Source of the DNA: Synechococcus sp.
Lineage (GTDB): Bacteria > Cyanobacteriota > Cyanobacteriia > PCC-6307 > Cyanobiaceae
Length of the DNA: 64,000 nt
Assembly (NCBI GenBank): GCA_047285305.1
Contig: JBJBDL010000003.1
Location: 672,001 to 736,000, forward strand
Direction: 5' to 3'
Shown here: positions 1 to 12,053 of the stretch, in pieces
How the letters are laid out: each line of letters starts with the position of its first letter
How positions within the stretch are numbered: the first letter of the stretch is position 1
The notes under the pieces: model-generated
Seen by the model: only the letters and a program-made list of their open reading frames with translations
Databases searched by the model: none
What the model was told of the DNA's origin: nothing
Made by a program: the position numbers and the translations under genes

Positions 1-1051
1 CGAAGTGATCACCGTCCTTGCCCACGCAGTAGCGGCCGAACACCAGCTTCTCGAGCAGCTGCACGCCGGGGCCGATGCGCGAGTAGTCGAAGATGATCGA
101 GTTGTCGACCGTGGCGCCCTCACAGATGTGGCAGCTGGGGCCGATCATTGTTGGCCCAACGATCGTTGCACCATCTTCGATCTTGGTCATTCCGCCCACG
201 TAGACGGGGCCGGTGACGTTGATCTTGTCCCAGTTGGCGGCCACATTCAGACCGGTGTAAACCCCGGGACGTGCCTCCTTGCCGGGGATGCCCACCTGAC
301 GGACGTCACCCATCAACACGCTGCGGATGGCTTGCCAGTAATCGGGAACCTTGCCGATATCCACCCATTCGAAATCCATCGGGATGGCATAGAAGGGTGC
401 GCCGAGCTCGGCCAGTTTCGGGAACAGATCCGAGCCGATATCGAAGGACTGTCCCGAAGGGATGTGTTCAAAGATCTCCGGCTCGAAGATGTAGATGCCG
501 GTATTGATCGTGTCGCTGAGGGCTTCGTCGACGGTGGGCTTTTCCTGGAAGCTTGAAATTCTGTTCTGGTCATCGGTGACCACAACGCCGTAGCTGCTCA
601 CCTGATCCTTGGGGACTCGTTTGGTGACAAGGCTGGCGATCGCACCCTTCTCCCGGTGCAGCCGTACCGCTTCGCTGAGATCAAGGTCGATCAGCGCATC
701 GCCGCAGAGCACCACGAAGGTGTCGTCAAAGAAGTGCTGGAAATCCTGGATTTTTTTGAGCCCGCCAGCAGACCCCAGGGCACTGCCGATCAGTTCGCCG
801 TCTTCAATCCGTCCTTCAAAGCTGTATGCAATTTCAACCCCGAAACGCTGGCCATCCCGGAAGTAATTTTCAATCTCTTCGGCCAGGTGGGAGACGTTCA
901 CCATCACTTCGGTGAAACCGTGCTCCTTGAGCAATTCCAGCAGAAATTCCATCACCGGCTTTTGCAGGATCGGAATCATTGGCTTGGGGATCACATGGGT
1001 GATCGGTTGGACCCGCGTCCCCTTACCAGCCGCCAGAATCATCGCCTTCAT
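1..1051 (-). CDS. NDP-sugar pyrophosphorylase (mannose-1-phosphate guanylyltransferase-like); 3' end runs off the window
   Basis: Manual translation from ATG at 1051 gives MKAMILAAGKGTRVQPITHVIPKPMIPI (nucleotidyltransferase GxGTR motif), then FQEKP and C-terminal hexapeptide-like repeats. Absent from the ORF track because there is no stop in the window. Confidence 0.9.
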   Translation of the reverse strand, partial: MKAMILAAGKGTRVQPITHVIPKPMIPILQKPVMEFLLELLKEHGFTEVMVNVSHLAEEIENYFRDGQRFGVEIAYSFEGRIEDGELIGSALGSAGGLKKIQDFQHFFDDTFVVLCGDALIDLDLSEAVRLHREKGAIASLVTKRVPKDQVSSYGVVVTDDQNRISSFQEKPTVDEALSDTINTGIYIFEPEIFEHIPSGQSFDIGSDLFPKLAELGAPFYAIPMDFEWVDIGKVPDYWQAIRSVLMGDVRQVGIPGKEARPGVYTGLNVAANWDKINVTGPVYVGGMTKIEDGATIVGPTMIGPSCHICEGATVDNSIIFDYSRIGPGVQLLEKLVFGRYCVGKDGDHF

Positions 1052-1097
1052 TGGCGTTTGGTCGGGTCAATACAAGGTGTTGACCATAGACCCGGTC

Positions 1098-2000
1098 TTA
1101 GGCCGCCACGACCGTCCGGGTCGGCGATGGATCTGGCACTTGAAGGCTGCGGATCGGCAGTTGCGTTGCAGTTCCACTCGCGGGGATAAATTTCAGTCGC
1201 AGCGGTCCGTGGAGCCAACCCTCCTGCTCCAGCTCAACCCGTCCCTGGGAGGAAAGAAATAGCAGGGCCCAGAACACCCCGACCCGGTCACGGTCCAGGT
1301 CCGCCGCTGCGGCCACCTCCCACTGATCCACCAGTTGATCGAAGCCCACCCAGTCCAGGGCGGTCTCCCAACCGTTCAGAAACACGCCCAGTGCTGCGGT
1401 TGTTTCCGGCAGCTTTTCGCGGTGGGCCAGCCCGGCTACCTGGGCGATGGCTTCACGGTTGCTGTAGCGCTTTTGGCGTTTGCGGCGGCGTGCCTCGAGT
1501 TCGTCTGATTCCAGCTGCTCGGCAATCGATTCCAGCTGTTCGATCAGCTCTCCAAGGGTGACGGGCCGACGCAATGGCGGGGGTGCCACGGGTCGCCGCT
1601 GCAGATGACGTTCCGGCCGTCGGGGCAGATCAAAGGCCGGATCCAGCCAGCCTTGCTCATCGAAGTCGGTATCGAAGTGATCTTCGACTTCAGGCGGCGG
1701 CGGCAACATGCTGGTTTCGAGCATCTCCGCCTTGAGTCCCACCAGCACTGAGGCGGCCAGGAAGGCTTCGCTGCTGTCAGCCAGGTCCCGCTCGTAGCTG
1801 CCGCCCCGTCCGGCCAGGGCGGCTGCCACTTGCCCGGGAACTTCGATGCGTTGCCGGAGTTGATCCAGAAAGCCGTCGATGACGGCAATCACATCCACAT
1901 CCCAGGGATCGAGATCGCCCCGCTCCGCTGCGTCCTGCAGCAGTCGAATCGCAAGGCGGGCTCCAGCATCAGCGCCGTCGTTGGGGGCCACCTGGAGCAA
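1098..2000 (-). CDS. scpA: Segregation/condensation protein A
   Basis: LDPWDVDVI, FLAASVLVGLKA, RPVTLGELI and C-terminal FWALLFLSSQGRVELEQ kleisin motifs; start uncertain. Confidence 0.88.
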   Translation of the reverse strand: MLQVAPNDGADAGARLAIRLLQDAAERGDLDPWDVDVIAVIDGFLDQLRQRIEVPGQVAAALAGRGGSYERDLADSSEAFLAASVLVGLKAEMLETSMLPPPPEVEDHFDTDFDEQGWLDPAFDLPRRPERHLQRRPVAPPPLRRPVTLGELIEQLESIAEQLESDELEARRRKRQKRYSNREAIAQVAGLAHREKLPETTAALGVFLNGWETALDWVGFDQLVDQWEVAAAADLDRDRVGVFWALLFLSSQGRVELEQEGWLHGPLRLKFIPASGTATQLPIRSLQVPDPSPTRTVVAA

Positions 2001-2058
2001 GTCAATTCACCCTTTCCCGGCAAGGTATCGGTCCTCAACCGGTGTCGCCAGTGCCGCC

Positions 2059-2460
2059 TCAAGCTGCACTGCTGGCATCGGTGACCTCCGCTTGGTCGTT
2101 GTCGTCGCTTTCAGTGCTTGTCGCGCTGACGGTGGTCGCGGGGAGCAGGCCCAGCTGGGTTTCAACGGTGGAGCGGTAGCGGCTGAGGTCGGTCTCCAGT
2201 TCCTGGATGCGGACCTGCTGTGCTTCGTATTCGTTCGCCTTGCTGAACTGTTCAACGTTGTTGAGCATTCCGGTCCAGGCAGCGAAGAACCAGGCCGAAA
2301 CGGCTCCCAACCCCGCCGCCAGCAGCAGCAGACCCGCCAAAGGCAGGGTGTACTCGACACCCGGCAAGACATGAACCGTGGTTGGGTTGGTGTTCGCCAG
2401 GGTGAAAAACACCGTGATCAAACCGAAGCTGAAGATCAGGCCGAAGTTGATCTGACGCAT
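2059..2460 (-). CDS. LapA/DUF1049-family small membrane protein
   Basis: Two N-terminal hydrophobic segments (FTLANT...PLAGLLLLAAGLG) followed by a coiled coil. Confidence 0.75.
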   Translation of the reverse strand: MRQINFGLIFSFGLITVFFTLANTNPTTVHVLPGVEYTLPLAGLLLLAAGLGAVSAWFFAAWTGMLNNVEQFSKANEYEAQQVRIQELETDLSRYRSTVETQLGLLPATTVSATSTESDDNDQAEVTDASSAA

Positions 2461-2527
2461 GGCAGGGGAGCGTTCCCCTGGAACTTACGGAGGGTTGGCT
2501 GGGAATGAATCGGAATCGATACGTGAT

Positions 2528-4165
2528 TTATGACGCGCCCACGGCAGGGGCCTGGAGGAGCGCCGGAACAGGGGCCTGACCTCGAATCAGGGGGGCCGTT
2601 GGTGAGATCACCTGTTCCATCGCACCCAGGTTTCGGTTCACTAGGGCTTCAATCGAGCTGTGGTAGCTGTCGGTCATCAGCTTGGGGTACAGCCCGATTC
2701 CGATGATCGGCACCAGCAGGCAGCCGATTATGTACACCTCGCGCGGCTCCGCATCCACCAGGTTGGTGTGGGACACCAGCTCCTCTTTCTCCTTGCCGAA
2801 GAAGATCTCCCGCAGCATCGAGAGAAGGTAGATGGGTGTGAGGATCACCCCCACAGCGGCCAGCCCGCAGATCACCACGCGGAAGGGCAGGGTGTAGGCC
2901 TCATCCGTGGCGAAACCAGCGAACACCATCAGTTCGCTCACGAACCCGCTCATGCCGGGCAGGGCCAGGGAGGCGAGGGCACACACCGTCCAGAGCGCGA
3001 ACATGATGCGCATCTTCTGGCCAATGCCTCCCATCTCATCCAGCTGAAGCGTGTGGGTGCGGTCGTAAGTGGCACCTACGAGGAAGAACAGGCTGGCGCC
3101 TATCAAGCCGTGGCTGATCATCTGCAGCATGGCGCCGCTGGTGCCCAGGGCACTGAAGCTGCCAACGCCGATCAGCACGAAGCCCATGTGGCTGATCGAG
3201 CTGTAGGCGATCTTTCGCTTGAGGTTGCGCTGGGCGAAGGAGGTGAGGGCGGCGTAAATGATGTTCACCACCCCCAGCACGATCAGCAGTGGGGCGAACT
3301 GGGAGTGGGCCGCTGGCAGCAGTTCACAGTTGAAACGCAGCAGGGCATAGCCGCCCATCTTCAGCAGGATGCCGGCCAACAGCATGTGCACCGGTGCCGT
3401 GGCTTCGCCATGGGCATCCGGCAGCCAGGTGTGCAGGGGCACGATTGGCAGCTTCACGCCGAAGGCGATTAGCAGCCCGGCGTAGCAGAGCAATTGAAAG
3501 CCCGTGCCGAAGTCTTTGGCTGCAAGAGCGGTGTACTCAAAACTGGGGGTGCCTCCGCCGAAGAAGCCCATGGCCAGGGCGGCCAACAGGATGAACAGGG
3601 AGCTGCCGGCGGTGTAGAGGATGAATTTGGTTGCGGCGTATTGGCGTTTCTTGCCGCCCCAGATGGCCAGTAGCAGATACACCGGGATCAGTTCCAGCTC
3701 CCAGGCCAAGAAGAACAGCAGCATGTCCTGCACGGCGAAGACTGCGATCTGGCCGCCGTCCATGGCCAGCAGCAGGAAATAAAACAGCCGCGGTTTGAAA
3801 CTCACCGGCCACGCCGCCAGGCAGGCCAGGCTGGTGATAAAGCTGGTGAGCAGGATCAACGGCATCGAGAGCCCGTCGGCTCCCACCGCCCAGGTGAGGC
3901 CAAGATCCGGCAGCCAGCTCACCCGTTCGGAAAGCTGCAGACCACTCAGGTTGGGGTCATAGCCGGTGAGGTAGGCCGCAACGGTGATCAGGAAGGTGAT
4001 CAGCGTCACGATCAGGGCGTACCAGCGCACCTGTTTGCCCTCGCCTTTGTCTGGAACCAGCGGAACCAGCAGGGCACCCACAATCGGTACCAGAATCGAC
4101 AGGCTCAGCCATGGAACGGTTGCCTGCACCGGCTCGCTGAGTCCGGCGACTGCGAATTCGAACAC
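2528..4165 (-). CDS. ndhD: NAD(P)H-quinone oxidoreductase subunit 4 (NdhD1)
   Basis: [28 protein letters not shown] motifs; downstream of ndhF. Confidence 0.97.
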   Translation of the reverse strand: MFEFAVAGLSEPVQATVPWLSLSILVPIVGALLVPLVPDKGEGKQVRWYALIVTLITFLITVAAYLTGYDPNLSGLQLSERVSWLPDLGLTWAVGADGLSMPLILLTSFITSLACLAAWPVSFKPRLFYFLLLAMDGGQIAVFAVQDMLLFFLAWELELIPVYLLLAIWGGKKRQYAATKFILYTAGSSLFILLAALAMGFFGGGTPSFEYTALAAKDFGTGFQLLCYAGLLIAFGVKLPIVPLHTWLPDAHGEATAPVHMLLAGILLKMGGYALLRFNCELLPAAHSQFAPLLIVLGVVNIIYAALTSFAQRNLKRKIAYSSISHMGFVLIGVGSFSALGTSGAMLQMISHGLIGASLFFLVGATYDRTHTLQLDEMGGIGQKMRIMFALWTVCALASLALPGMSGFVSELMVFAGFATDEAYTLPFRVVICGLAAVGVILTPIYLLSMLREIFFGKEKEELVSHTNLVDAEPREVYIIGCLLVPIIGIGLYPKLMTDSYHSSIEALVNRNLGAMEQVISPTAPLIRGQAPVPALLQAPAVGAS

Positions 4166-4209
4166 GCTGATCCGATCCTCACTGGATGGATCGTAGAAAT
4201 CATGGACGC

Positions 4210-4239
4210 TGTGTCATCACCTCGATAGGCGATGACACA
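4210..4239 (-). promoter_or_regulatory. Intercistronic stem-loop between ndhF1 and ndhD1
   Basis: On the minus strand TGTGTCATCGCCT-atcg-AGGTGATGACACA forms a 13-bp stem with one G-U pair; no U-tract. Confidence 0.5.
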
Positions 4240-4254
4240 CATGGACGATGTGCT

Positions 4255-6264
4255 TTAGGCGATTGGTCCGCCGATCACGCCAAACAGGACCACCAGGCCG
4301 ATTACACCGGCAAACACAATCAGGGCATAGAACTGGGCGCGTCCGGTCTCGAGATATTTGAGACCTTCGCCGCTGCCGAGTGTGAGCAGTCCGGTGAGGT
4401 TGACCACGCCGTCCACCACTTTGGCGTCCACCTCGAGCACCTCCCGCGCCAGTTTGCGGCTGCCGCGAACGAACAGCTTTTCGTTCAACACATCGAGGTA
4501 CCACTTGTTGGCGAGGAAGGCATTCACCGCCGGGAAGCGGCCGGCCACCAGCTGCCCCAGATCAATCCGACGCAGGGCATAGGCCAGAACAGCCAGGCTG
4601 ATGCCGGCAACGGAGATGGCCACGGAGGCGCCCGCCAGGGGGAGAAACTCGCCCCAGTTGAACTGTTCGGCCATCTCAAGGGCTTCTTCCGGGTTGAGAA
4701 GGCCCGCAAAGCGGCTGTTCCATGGGGTGCCCAAGAGGCCAATCAGTACGGAAGGCACCGCCAGCACTGCCAAGGGGGCCGCCATCGGCCAGGCCGACTC
4801 GTGCACGCTGCCGCCATGGGCGTGGTGCTCGGAAGGATCCTTGCCAGCAGCGGTAAGCAGCTGGGCCTGCATGGCGGTGTCATTGCCGCGGAACTCCCCT
4901 TCGAAGGTAAGGAAGTAGAGCCGGAACATGTAGAAGGCCGTCATCCCCGCTGTAAGGAAGCCCACCACCCAGAGCAGTGGGTAGTTGTTGAAGGCCTGGC
5001 CAAGAATTTCGTCCTTGCTCCAGAAGCCGGCCAGGGGCGGAATGCCGCTGATGGCGATGCAGCCGATGAAGAAGGTGATTGCGGTGACGGGCATCTTTTT
5101 GCGTAGGCCGCCCATCAAGCGCATGTCCTGGGCGAGAACGGATTCGTGGCCCACCACCTCCTCCATGGCGTGGATGACGGAGCCTGATCCCAGGAACAAC
5201 ATCGCCTTGAAGAAGGCATGGGTCACCAGGTGGAAGATGCCGGCGACCGGGGCACCGCAACCCATCGCCAGCATCATGTAGCCGAGCTGGGAGACGGTGC
5301 TGTAGGCCAGACCCTTCTTGAGGTCCATTTGGGTGAGGGCGATGGAAGCCCCCAGGAAGCAGGTGATCGTGCCAACGACGGCGATCACGGTTTGAACGAT
5401 GGGGAACTGGGCGTAAAGGGGATCGAGGCGGGCGACCAGGAACACCCCTGCGGCCACCATCGTTGCGGCGTGAATCAGCGCTGAAATCGGCGTCGGGCCC
5501 TCCATGGCATCGGGCAGCCAGACGTGGAGAGGGAATTGGGCCGACTTGGCCATCGGACCCATGAACACCAGCAGGCAGAGCAGAAGCGCTGCCCATGGGG
5601 CCACCGTTCCGGCAGCCAGGCCGTTCTGCAGACCATCGGCGATTCCCTGGAAATCGAAGCTTCCGGTGGCCCAGAACAGGCCAAGAATGCCCAGCAGCAG
5701 GCCGAAGTCACCAACCCGGTTCACTACAAACGCCTTCTGAGCGGCATGGGCGGCACCGTCGCGGTCGTACCAGAAGCCCACTAGCAGGTAGGAGCACATG
5801 CCCACCAGCTCCCAGAAGACGTAGATCTCCAGAAGATTGGGGCTGATGATCAGCCCCAGCATGGAGCTGCTGAACAGCGCCAGGTACGTGAAAAAGCGCA
5901 CATAGCCCTTGTCATGGGCCATGTAGCCGTGGGAATACACCAGCACCAGCAGGGCAATGGTGGTGACCAGCGCCAGCATCACCGCCCCGAGTGGATCCAC
6001 CACGTAACCCATCGGCAGAACGAAGTTGCCTGCGCTGGCCCACACGAACAGATGCTCGACGGGCGGGGCGCCATTGAGCTGGTTGAAAAGGATGCTGTAG
6101 CTGAGGGCAGCCGCTGCGCCGACACAGGAGATCAACAGCAGCGCAACTGGTTTGCGCAACCGGTTGATCGTGCGGTTGAAGCTAATCAATCCCAACCCGG
6201 TCAGCACAGCGCCGAACAGGGGCAGAACGGGAATGAGCCAGGCGAGTTCCTCGGCCGAGGGCAT
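4255..6264 (-). CDS. ndhF: NAD(P)H-quinone oxidoreductase subunit 5 (NdhF1)
   Basis: AKSAQFPLHVWLPDAMEGPTPISALIHAATMV and HAFFKA motifs. Confidence 0.97.
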   Translation of the reverse strand: MPSAEELAWLIPVLPLFGAVLTGLGLISFNRTINRLRKPVALLLISCVGAAAALSYSILFNQLNGAPPVEHLFVWASAGNFVLPMGYVVDPLGAVMLALVTTIALLVLVYSHGYMAHDKGYVRFFTYLALFSSSMLGLIISPNLLEIYVFWELVGMCSYLLVGFWYDRDGAAHAAQKAFVVNRVGDFGLLLGILGLFWATGSFDFQGIADGLQNGLAAGTVAPWAALLLCLLVFMGPMAKSAQFPLHVWLPDAMEGPTPISALIHAATMVAAGVFLVARLDPLYAQFPIVQTVIAVVGTITCFLGASIALTQMDLKKGLAYSTVSQLGYMMLAMGCGAPVAGIFHLVTHAFFKAMLFLGSGSVIHAMEEVVGHESVLAQDMRLMGGLRKKMPVTAITFFIGCIAISGIPPLAGFWSKDEILGQAFNNYPLLWVVGFLTAGMTAFYMFRLYFLTFEGEFRGNDTAMQAQLLTAAGKDPSEHHAHGGSVHESAWPMAAPLAVLAVPSVLIGLLGTPWNSRFAGLLNPEEALEMAEQFNWGEFLPLAGASVAISVAGISLAVLAYALRRIDLGQLVAGRFPAVNAFLANKWYLDVLNEKLFVRGSRKLAREVLEVDAKVVDGVVNLTGLLTLGSGEGLKYLETGRAQFYALIVFAGVIGLVVLFGVIGGPIA

Positions 6265-6298
6265 CCGCAAAAAGCAGGTTGAATCGAGTGTAGGCAGC

Positions 6299-7030
6299 TC
6301 AGTCCAGCAGTTTCTGGAGTGCTGAATTGCGCATCAACTCGGCAGCCGTCGGAATGAAGCGATGGGCCCACCAGAACACGCCGACGGCGATGGCGATGCC
6401 CAGTTGCGCCGGTCGAGCGAATTCCTGCCACTGCAACTGCTGGCGTCCATCCAGCACTGCCGCGAAGGGCACGATTGAGGTGCTGGTCTTGAGCTCGTCA
6501 AAGGCTTCTCCGAAGCGGGCCTTCAGGCGCCGGTCGCCATGCCAGACGGCGAAGAGGTGATGGCCGATCAGGCCCACACAGGTCACCAGCATGAAGCTGC
6601 TGCCGATCCAGAGGGCGTGGGTGAGGCACCAGAGGATTTGCCCGATGGCCTGGGGATGGCGGCTGATGCGGATGATCCCCGTGGCGTAAAGGCGCACCTG
6701 CGGTTTGAGCACCGCCGGGATCTCCAGCAGGTTGTAGGTGGCTGGATAGAGGAAGAGAAAACTGATGGCGGTTCCGATCCACACGAGCGGGATCACCCCA
6801 GGCACGCCCTGGAGATTCCAAAGCCTCACCCCGTCATAGCGATGGGCCAGGAACCATCCGATCACCACCACGGCCGAGGGAATGCTGGCTGCCGCGAAGA
6901 TCAGGCGCCAGGCCCGTGCTCCGATCACGGCCTCAGCCCGGCTGCGCAGTGCAGCGCCACCGCTGTGAATCACGGCAAACAGGATCAGCAGCACCAGCAT
7001 CACGACGCTGCTGTGGTGGGTGGAGGCCAT
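6299..7030 (-). CDS. NnrU-family membrane protein (15-cis-zeta-carotene isomerase-like)
   Basis: IHSGGAALR, GIIRISRHPQ, HGDRRL, TSIVPFAA motifs. Confidence 0.85.
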   Translation of the reverse strand: MASTHHSSVVMLVLLILFAVIHSGGAALRSRAEAVIGARAWRLIFAAASIPSAVVVIGWFLAHRYDGVRLWNLQGVPGVIPLVWIGTAISFLFLYPATYNLLEIPAVLKPQVRLYATGIIRISRHPQAIGQILWCLTHALWIGSSFMLVTCVGLIGHHLFAVWHGDRRLKARFGEAFDELKTSTSIVPFAAVLDGRQQLQWQEFARPAQLGIAIAVGVFWWAHRFIPTAAELMRNSALQKLLD

Positions 7031-7111
7031 GGCGGCTGCGTTGGAAGGGCGTGATTCTGGCTGTCGGACGTGGCGGTCCTAAATTTCTGGTGTTCCTCCG
7101 GGTGTTCCGCG

Positions 7112-8101
7112 GTGGCCGATCTGCCGTTCACCCTCGACCAGCTGCGGATCCTTCGCGCGATTGTCAGTGAGGGCAGCTTCAAGAAAGCCGCCGACAGTCT
7201 TTACGTCACCCAGCCCGCCGTCAGCCTTCAGATCCAGAACCTGGAGAAGCAGTTGGAGGTGTCGCTGTTTGATCGCGGCGGGCGCAAGGCGCAGCTCACT
7301 GAGGCTGGCCATCTGCTGCTGAGTTACTGCGACCGGATCCTGAGCCAGTGCCAAGAAGCCTGTCGGGCCCTGGATGATCTCCACAATCTCAAGGGTGGAT
7401 CCCTGATCGTGGGAGCAAGTCAGACCACCGGCACTTACCTGATGCCCCGGATGATTGGCCTGTTCCGCCAGAAATATCCTGACGTGTCCGTGCAGCTCCA
7501 GGTCCACAGCACAAGACGCACGGGCTGGAGTGTGGCTAATGGTCAGATCGACCTGGCGATTATCGGTGGTGAATTGCCGGCGGAACTCAATGAACTGCTG
7601 CAGGTGGTTCCCTACGCCAGTGATGAGCTGGCGCTGGTGCTGCCGGTGAAGCACCCCTTGGCCCGGCTGGCTGAACTCACCAAGGAAGACCTGTATCGCC
7701 TGGGCTTTGTCTGTCTCGATGCGCAATCCACTACCCGGAAGATGGTCGACCAGCTCCTGGCGCGCTCCGGCTTGGATGTGCAGCGCCTACGTATCGACAT
7801 GGAGCTGAATTCGCTGGAAGCCATCAAGAATGCCGTTCAGGCGGGCCTGGGCGCCGCATTTGTTCCTGTGGTGTCGATCGAGCGGGAGTTATCTGCGGGC
7901 ACGATTCACCGGCCCCAGGTGGCTGATCTGCAGGTGAGACGCCAGCTCAAGCTGATCACCCATCCCGCCCGCTACTGCTCACGTGCTTCGGTGGCATTCC
8001 GCAATGACGTTCTGCCCGTCTTTGCCAGCGCTGACAGCCCGATTCGCCAGGCAGCGAAGGTCCTGCCTGAAGCGATCGGGGAGCAACCGGTTCAGAACTG
8101 A
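7112..8101 (+). CDS. rbcR: LysR-family regulator RbcR/Ycf30
   Basis: [14 protein letters not shown]...[26 protein letters not shown] start at 7112 preferred. Confidence 0.88.
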   Translation: MADLPFTLDQLRILRAIVSEGSFKKAADSLYVTQPAVSLQIQNLEKQLEVSLFDRGGRKAQLTEAGHLLLSYCDRILSQCQEACRALDDLHNLKGGSLIVGASQTTGTYLMPRMIGLFRQKYPDVSVQLQVHSTRRTGWSVANGQIDLAIIGGELPAELNELLQVVPYASDELALVLPVKHPLARLAELTKEDLYRLGFVCLDAQSTTRKMVDQLLARSGLDVQRLRIDMELNSLEAIKNAVQAGLGAAFVPVVSIERELSAGTIHRPQVADLQVRRQLKLITHPARYCSRASVAFRNDVLPVFASADSPIRQAAKVLPEAIGEQPVQN

Positions 8102-8727
8102 TCAGCCTCTGGTGTCACGCCCACAGCGTCATCTGCCACGCCTCGGGTGAGGAATTTGTTCTCACTGATATCGGTTTGGTAGACGCAGCGCACCACGGGT
8201 TTGTCCCGAACGGAGCCGATGTAGGCAAAGGTGTTCATTCGCTGTTTGCACTCACGCTCCTGCTCGGCGGTGATGGCCCCCTCCTTGCGCAGCACCGACC
8301 AGTTCTCCCGACGGATCACACAACCCGGTTGCAGGGTTGGCTGGGTCACAAAGCTGCTGGAGGGGTTGAGCGTCGTGTACATCTCGATGTCCATAACGAA
8401 GGCGCTCGCCCCCCACTGGCGGCAGAACTCCGGGTCGGGAACGGCCATGTCCAGTTGCTGGGAGCTGGCGATGTTTCCCTGGTCGCCCGTGGTAGTGCTG
8501 GTGACAGCGCTGCCGATGCCGATCCCCACCACGAGAACTCCTGCCAAGACGGCCACGGTGAGGGTGCTGAATTGAAAGCCGCCTTGGCCCCCTCCACCGC
8601 CTGTTGGGGGGCCGGGAGGACGGCCGTATCCGCCCCGAGGTGGAGCGGCATAGCGGTCACGCTCAACGCGGTCGTAGCGGCCATCACGCGGTCGGCGGCC
8701 GCCGCGGTCGTAGCGCGAGCCGGTCAC
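8092..8727 (-). CDS. DUF3172-family conserved cyanobacterial protein
   Basis: Single TM segment, then [18 protein letters not shown]...CKQRMNTF. Confidence 0.8.
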   Translation of the reverse strand: MTGSRYDRGGRRPRDGRYDRVERDRYAAPPRGGYGRPPGPPTGGGGGQGGFQFSTLTVAVLAGVLVVGIGIGSAVTSTTTGDQGNIASSQQLDMAVPDPEFCRQWGASAFVMDIEMYTTLNPSSSFVTQPTLQPGCVIRRENWSVLRKEGAITAEQERECKQRMNTFAYIGSVRDKPVVRCVYQTDISENKFLTRGVADDAVGVTPEADQF

Positions 8728-9071
8728 AACAGTTCAGGGGTGCGGGGCAGGCCCATGGAGAAGTTCTGCACGCGGCCATCAGGGTTGTAGCTGAGTTCTC
8801 CGGCCTGGAGCAGTTGCCGGATGAATCCCTCCAGGTCTGTACCAATGCGGCGCAGGGTGTAGTCACTCAGTTCGCCGCCGGCTGCGGCATCCACCAGTTC
8901 CTTGAAGCGTCCCTGCACCTTGGCGAGGGTGGCGGCATCCCAGAGAAATTCGTTATCGGGATCCAGATCTAAGGTCAGTTGGTCATTTGAAGGAACCAGA
9001 TCCTCCTCTTGAAGTGCTGCTGTGAACAGGCGCACGTGGCGGGTGGTGCACTTGAGAAGGGTGTCAGCCAA
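8724..9071 (-). CDS. ndhM: NDH-1 subunit M
   Basis: [13 protein letters not shown]...[11 protein letters not shown]...[11 protein letters not shown] start at 9071 preferred. Confidence 0.93.
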   Translation of the reverse strand: MADTLLKCTTRHVRLFTAALQEEDLVPSNDQLTLDLDPDNEFLWDAATLAKVQGRFKELVDAAAGGELSDYTLRRIGTDLEGFIRQLLQAGELSYNPDGRVQNFSMGLPRTPELL

Positions 9072-9132
9072 GACGCGCCCACGGGAAAGCTGACACGACT
9101 TTAAGAAGCGAACGGGGGTCAAGCCCTTTTAA

Positions 9133-10578
<1,446 letters not shown>

Positions 10579-10581
10579 GCC

Positions 10582-11490
10582 ATGCCCCTCGCCTCCCCGG
10601 ATCTCGACGCAGCCTTTGAGGCCTGCCGTCGGGAGACCGCCGAGTGGGCCAAGACGTTCTACATAGGCACCTTGCTTCTCCCTCCGGAGAAGCGGCGTGC
10701 CATTTGGGCGATCTATGTGTGGTGCCGGCGCACGGATGAGTTGATGGACAGCCCGGAGGCCCAGGCGCGTCCGGTGGAGGAGCTGGCAGAGCGACTCGAC
10801 CGTTGGGAGGAGAAGACCCGTGCTCTGTTTGATGGTCGGGTGGAGGACGACCTGGATGCGGTGATGGTGGACACCCTGGAGCGCTTCCCCCAGGGCATTC
10901 AGCCTTACCTCGACATGATTGAGGGCCAGCGGATGGACCTCACCTGGACCCGCTACCCCCGATTTGTAGACCTCAAGCTCTACTGCTATCGCGTGGCAGG
11001 CACCGTTGGACTGATGACCCAGGGGGTGATGGGCGTCGACCAGGCCTACACCTCAGCTCCCTGGAGCGACTGTCCCGACACCTCCGATGCCGCCGTCGCC
11101 CTGGGGATCGCCAACCAACTCACCAACATTCTTCGGGATGTGGGGGAAGACCGGGGCCGTGGTCGTATCTATCTGCCCCAGGAAGATCTCCAGCGTTTCG
11201 GTTATTCCGAGGAGGAGCTGATGGCTGGAACCCTCAACAACGCCTGGCGTTCGTTGATGCGCTTTCAGCTGGAGCGGGCTCGCGATTGGTTTGCTCGCTC
11301 CGAAGCTGGAGTCCGTTGGCTGTCCGCTGATGCGCGCTGGCCGGTTTGGACGTCGTTGCGGCTGTACCGCGGCATCCTGGATGAAATTGAACGGGTCGAT
11401 TACGACGTGTTCAATCACCGTGCCTATGTGGCCAAGGTCAACAAGCTGCTTGATCTGCCCCGTTCATTCCTTTTGGCTCAGTCACGCTAA
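10582..11490 (+). CDS. crtB: Phytoene synthase
   Basis: WCRRTDELMD, YCYRVAGTVG, NQLTNILRDVGED. Confidence 0.96.
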   Translation: MPLASPDLDAAFEACRRETAEWAKTFYIGTLLLPPEKRRAIWAIYVWCRRTDELMDSPEAQARPVEELAERLDRWEEKTRALFDGRVEDDLDAVMVDTLERFPQGIQPYLDMIEGQRMDLTWTRYPRFVDLKLYCYRVAGTVGLMTQGVMGVDQAYTSAPWSDCPDTSDAAVALGIANQLTNILRDVGEDRGRGRIYLPQEDLQRFGYSEEELMAGTLNNAWRSLMRFQLERARDWFARSEAGVRWLSADARWPVWTSLRLYRGILDEIERVDYDVFNHRAYVAKVNKLLDLPRSFLLAQSR

Positions 11491-11520
11491 AAACCCCTGC
11501 CAGTACGACCGGCAGGGGTT
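11489..11520. terminator. Intrinsic terminator between convergent crtB and the RNA-binding protein gene
   Basis: AACCCCTGCC...GGCAGGGGTT stem; the U-run is on the minus strand. Confidence 0.75.
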
Positions 11521-11560
11521 GAGTTGATCTGCTGTTTCCCTCGATCAGATCAGCGGCGGA

Positions 11561-11992
11561 TCAAACCGCCGTCTTCTGGTTGGCGAGCAGATCCTTGAGT
11601 TTGGACAGTTCGCCGGCCCAGCGGGGGTCAGGCGCATCTTCGCTCTTCGCATCGCTGTGGACTACTTTGTTCACAGCCTTGCGGGCCACTTGAGGCTGGC
11701 CGGCTGCATTGGGGGCTCCACGACGGTGGCCGCCAGCATTGTTGTCGCGGCGCTCGGAGCGCTCGACCCGCAGAGCACTGCCACCGAACTCCTTGCCGTT
11801 GAGAGCTTCGATCACGGCGTCGGCCAGTTTCGGATCGTCCACGTTGGCGAAGCCGAAACCGCGGCATGCACCGGTTTCGCGGTCGAGAACCGACTTGAAC
11901 CGAATCCCTTCTCCCACCGACTTGAGCAGAGCCACCAGCTCCTGTTCTTCAAAGGTCTGCGGCAGGTTGCCGATGTACAGGCGGATGCTCAT
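11561..11992 (-). CDS. RRM RNA-binding protein (Rbp family)
   Basis: LYIGNL (RNP2) and RGFGFA (RNP1). Confidence 0.9.
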   Translation of the reverse strand: MSIRLYIGNLPQTFEEQELVALLKSVGEGIRFKSVLDRETGACRGFGFANVDDPKLADAVIEALNGKEFGGSALRVERSERRDNNAGGHRRGAPNAAGQPQVARKAVNKVVHSDAKSEDAPDPRWAGELSKLKDLLANQKTAV

Positions 11993-12053
11993 GAAGGAAA
12001 AGAAATGCGATCTGTCGGTGTCTGACCGTCATCATTGACACCAGGAAAGTTAA

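Noticed and set aside
5..1262. Plus-strand ORFs at the window start
   Set aside because: Shadows of the minus-strand nucleotidyltransferase and scpA; the same applies to most overlapping ORFs in this GC-rich window
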